Assembly: GCA_965661985.1 (NCBI GenBank)
Contig: CBFIFY010000041.1
Location: 1 to 38,744, forward strand
Length of the DNA stretch: 38,744 nt
Source: an uncultured Myxococcota bacterium
GTDB lineage: Bacteria; Myxococcota_A; UBA796
Direction of reading: 5' to 3'
Part shown: piece after piece, positions 36,195 through 38,744 of the stretch
Layout of the letters: every line of letters starts with the position of its first letter
Numbering within the stretch: position 1 is the stretch's first letter
The notes under the pieces: generated by a model
Told to the model about the DNA's origin: nothing
What the model saw: only the letters and a program-made list of their open reading frames with translations
Database searches by the model: none
Made by a program: the position numbers and the translations under genes

Positions 36195-36638
36195 TTACTG
36201 TGTTTGGTCATACGCCATCATTTTATCAATGCGCATTTGATGACGCCCACCTTCGAACTCTACCGATAGCCAGGCATCCAAAATCTCTTGAGCCAATCCA
36301 ACGCCAACGACTCTTTCTCCCATACACAACACATTTGCGTTGTTGTGTTGCTTGGTCGCTTTGGCCGAAAAGGGATCTGATACAACCGCTGCCCTGATTC
36401 CAACGTGCTTGTTTGCCGTCATGGAAACGCCAATTCCAGTTCCACAAATCAATACACCAGCATCGGCATCACCACTCTGAATCGCATTGCATACCGCATG
36501 GGCATAATCTGGATAATCACATCGAGTGGCAGACTGCGGTCCCAAATCTTCAACCGCATATCCTCGCGAAATTAGATACTCCAGCAACGTTGTTTTTAAG
36601 GCAAATCCAGCGTGATCAGAAGCAATTGCAAGACGCAT
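36195..36638 (-). CDS. rpiB: Ribose-5-phosphate isomerase B
   Basis: MRLAIASDHAGFALK...LICGTGIGVSMTANK. Confidence 0.88.
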   Translation of the reverse strand: MRLAIASDHAGFALKTTLLEYLISRGYAVEDLGPQSATRCDYPDYAHAVCNAIQSGDADAGVLICGTGIGVSMTANKHVGIRAAVVSDPFSAKATKQHNNANVLCMGERVVGVGLAQEILDAWLSVEFEGGRHQMRIDKMMAYDQTQ

Positions 36639-36892
36639 TAAGAATCCCCAGATCGAAGCATAATTTCTAAATAGTTCACAACTTCACCAACCGTTTGAAG
36701 TTCTTGAACATCTTCATCCTCGATTTCGTCCAAAGAAAATCGTTCTTCAATCCGCATTACAAGATTGACAATGTCAATGGACTCTGCGCCCAAATCACTC
36801 AAATACGACCGTTCACTAATTTCTGCAGTGGACACATTCAATAAATCGGCAATGAGCTCTTTGAGAATGTCAAAAATTTCATTTCTGTTCAT
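36638..36892 (-). CDS. Acyl carrier protein-like (84 aa) with an atypical DLGAESID phosphopantetheine-site motif
   Basis: ACP-sized four-helix pattern. DLGAESID versus canonical DLGADSLD. ATG 36892 with SD AGGAGAG. The longer ORF was rejected. Confidence 0.6.
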   Translation of the reverse strand: MNRNEIFDILKELIADLLNVSTAEISERSYLSDLGAESIDIVNLVMRIEERFSLDEIEDEDVQELQTVGEVVNYLEIMLRSGDS

Positions 36893-37019
36893 GCTGACTC
36901 TCCTACACACCTTCTCTCTAGGATCACACTTAATGCCATTCAAAATTCAATGCTAGAAAAATCATTCTTTCTTCACTGAATGAATCCCAATGTATTCTAC
37001 TTGAAAACGCCTAAAATGC

Positions 37020-37044
37020 AAAAAGCCTTCCATTGGAAGGCTTT
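37020..37044 (-). terminator. Rho-independent terminator downstream of rpmF (AAA-GCCTTCC-aat-GGAAGGC-TTTTT on the minus strand)
   Basis: Perfect 7-bp stem followed by a T-run, read on the minus strand. Confidence 0.75.
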
Positions 37045-37067
37045 ACGAACAACAGTAAACCACTTGA

Positions 37068-37286
37068 TTATTCAGCGTCTGTTTCTGTTCCTGCTTCTGC
37101 TTCTTTGTTCTTTGGTTCGAATACTTGAACACCACGATACATACCGCAGCTATCACACACGTGGTGACGAAGTTTCAAACTTTCACAGTTGTCACATACA
37201 TCTACACTAGCAGTAAACTTGATTGCGTCGTGAGAGCGTCGCATTCCTTTACGACGATGACTGGTTCTTTTCTTTGGTACGGCCAT
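37068..37286 (-). CDS. rpmF: 50S ribosomal protein L32
   Basis: MAVPKKRTSHRRKGMRRSH...CDNCESLKLRHHVCDSCGMYRG. Confidence 0.92.
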   Translation of the reverse strand: MAVPKKRTSHRRKGMRRSHDAIKFTASVDVCDNCESLKLRHHVCDSCGMYRGVQVFEPKNKEAEAGTETDAE

Positions 37287-37365
37287 GGTTCACCCCAATG
37301 TCAAATCTATTTATTTTCGAGTGGCTTGCTCTAACAGCAATCCAAATTCTACAACGAACAATCTC

Positions 37366-37938
37366 TTATTCTAAATCGGGTAAATTTGCAAATGGTTTAT
37401 ACGTGTTTTTCTGACCTTCCGTAGGAAACTCCACACACTCGCCATCTTCTAAGCGCTGAACTGAATCCAAATCACAACACAACAGTGATGGTCTAGCAAG
37501 AACAATCCCCTCGGTCACAACCATTGACAAATCCAGTTCATCATTGTCATACCACCCCATGTCAAGTTCGTCTTCTTCCAGCGTAACTTGATGAGATATG
37601 CGCTCCAAATCCTTGACTGTATTTGGCACTTTGACATGGCGAGATTTTCTGGGGTCCAGTGTAAAAGGCAAATAGACCAAAGAAGTATCGATGGTATTCT
37701 GATAGACAATCTGAGATCCACACACTTCACAGGCACATTCAACACTGTACTCTAGTTTCAATGTGGCCTCGAGCCGTTCATCCAGTCTTTCTAGCCCCAG
37801 TGTTCCAGCACAAGTTTTCCATTCCCCTTCCAAAGCATCTTCTATGCTATTGCGAAGCCACTTGAGTTCGAAAGACAACGGTATGACCATTTGAGAGGTT
37901 GGGATCCGCATGGCGGCAATTTTTTGTTGTTTATACAT
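37366..37938 (-). CDS. yceD: YceD/DUF177 family protein (23S rRNA accumulation protein), conserved partner upstream of rpmF
   Basis: CxxC...CxxC pairs (CACEVCGS; LLCCDLD). Conserved yceD-rpmF synteny. SD AAGGAG. Confidence 0.7.
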   Translation of the reverse strand: MYKQQKIAAMRIPTSQMVIPLSFELKWLRNSIEDALEGEWKTCAGTLGLERLDERLEATLKLEYSVECACEVCGSQIVYQNTIDTSLVYLPFTLDPRKSRHVKVPNTVKDLERISHQVTLEEDELDMGWYDNDELDLSMVVTEGIVLARPSLLCCDLDSVQRLEDGECVEFPTEGQKNTYKPFANLPDLE

Positions 37939-37992
37939 TTTCTTCTCCTTTCCAATGACGATTGAACAGTCATTTTAAGTAGACTTCTGGAC

Positions 37993-38744
37993 TTATACAA
38001 AGCGAAGTTCACGATTTAAACAGACTCGATCACAGTGGTTGATTTCCTGTCTATGATCGCGAAGTTTTTTCCACAAATCAGAAAGCCCTTCCTTGTTCCA
38101 TAGAATCGGTTTTTTGTGCGGGCAGGCGCACACCCGTCCATACTTAGAGACTTCCAAACGATTTCGCCCAACGGGACAAGACCACGGTTGACGACGACGC
38201 CATCCTGGCTTGGGATCACCCTCTTGATTTTCACCGTCTTGTAAAACAACATTGAGCAAGGTACTCAAGTGCTGATGCTTGGGTATCGATACATTGGACA
38301 TGTCTTGCCCATAATAAGGGAAATGCGTCTGAATAAAATCAACGCCTTCTTCATTCAACCAAGCTTTCAATGGTTCCATTTGCGATGGGCTATCCCCGAC
38401 CCAAGGAACCAAAACACCAATCGCAACACCAGAAACCTCCAACGCAGTACGCTGAGCAATCAAATTTTGCAACGCCGAAGTGCTGTGTTCAATCATCACT
38501 CCTGTCGTTGAGTGGTGCACCTCTGCAGACACCCCTCCAAATCGAATCCAAACTGTATCCACGCCCGTTAGCAAAATCCGTTCAGCAATTTCCGTTGTGA
38601 CACCAATACCGCTGAGCAAAACCTCTGTAGAGCACCCCAATCGATGAGCAAATCGAAGCAATTCATACACACTGCTGTCGTCAACCGTATCGTCTACGAT
38701 GAAGTGAACAGGCAACGCACCCATCTGTTGCACACAATCCGCGA
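37993..38744 (-). CDS. Radical SAM protein with a C-terminal SPASM/twitch domain (anSME-like), 5' end outside the window
   Basis: C-terminus CPVGRNRLEVSKYGRVCACP...HCDRVC fits SPASM-type Cys spacing. The partial TIM-barrel region has no CxxxCxxC in view, so the N-terminus lies beyond 38744. Confidence 0.55.
   Translation of the reverse strand, partial: ADCVQQMGALPVHFIVDDTVDDSSVYELLRFAHRLGCSTEVLLSGIGVTTEIAERILLTGVDTVWIRFGGVSAEVHHSTTGVMIEHSTSALQNLIAQRTALEVSGVAIGVLVPWVGDSPSQMEPLKAWLNEEGVDFIQTHFPYYGQDMSNVSIPKHQHLSTLLNVVLQDGENQEGDPKPGWRRRQPWSCPVGRNRLEVSKYGRVCACPHKKPILWNKEGLSDLWKKLRDHRQEINHCDRVCLNRELRFV

Overview
This is bacterial chromosomal DNA of about 46-48% GC by eye, densely packed with genes, most of them on the minus strand. 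I found no rRNA, CRISPR array, transposase, integrase or phage structural genes.

Housekeeping genes form the backbone. There is a pair of periplasmic M16 zinc peptidases, one with the HxxEH zinc motif and one without, followed by ilvE and a DTW-domain tRNA-modification gene. A deoxyhypusine-synthase-like gene and miaB follow. A complete riboflavin operon runs ribD-ribE-ribBA-ribH-nusB, with glyA, rpiB, an ACP-like gene, rpmF and yceD nearby. A 5'-truncated radical SAM/SPASM gene sits at the right edge, and there is one tRNA-Arg(TCT).

Accessory-looking genes are interleaved with these. They are listed here in rough order of interest.

1. An 800-aa secreted protein at the left edge has eight MopE-like Cys/Asp repeats and a C-terminal fibrinogen-related domain.
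2. A 734-aa orphan gamma-class N6-adenine DNA methyltransferase (Eco57I/MmeI/PglX-like motifs) has no nuclease domain and no partner genes.
3. A tight four-gene membrane operon reads DUF4178(Zn-ribbon+TM)-small TM protein-DUF350-DUF4178(Zn-ribbon). It lies convergent to a large PilZ-domain protein. A YdjI-like SPFH protein with GYF-like C-terminal repeats sits 8 kb away. These are the families linked to PspA in Bacillus, but no pspA is in the window.
4. A cluster contains a degenerate MBL-fold protein and a Nudix fusion protein.
5. A bacterial SLC12 (cation-chloride cotransporter)-like transporter is present.
6. Next to the tRNA-Arg are two polyanionic lipoproteins (one His/Asp-rich with TSP3-like calcium-binding repeats), a TIGR02147-family protein, a Nudix gene and an FG-GAP lipoprotein.

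The lineage-restricted families (TIGR02147, MopE repeats) suggest a Bdellovibrio-like or related predatory/deltaproteobacterial-type lineage. That placement is inference only.

The ORF track uses alternative start codons. Several starts were re-called to internal ATG codons that have Shine-Dalgarno sequences.
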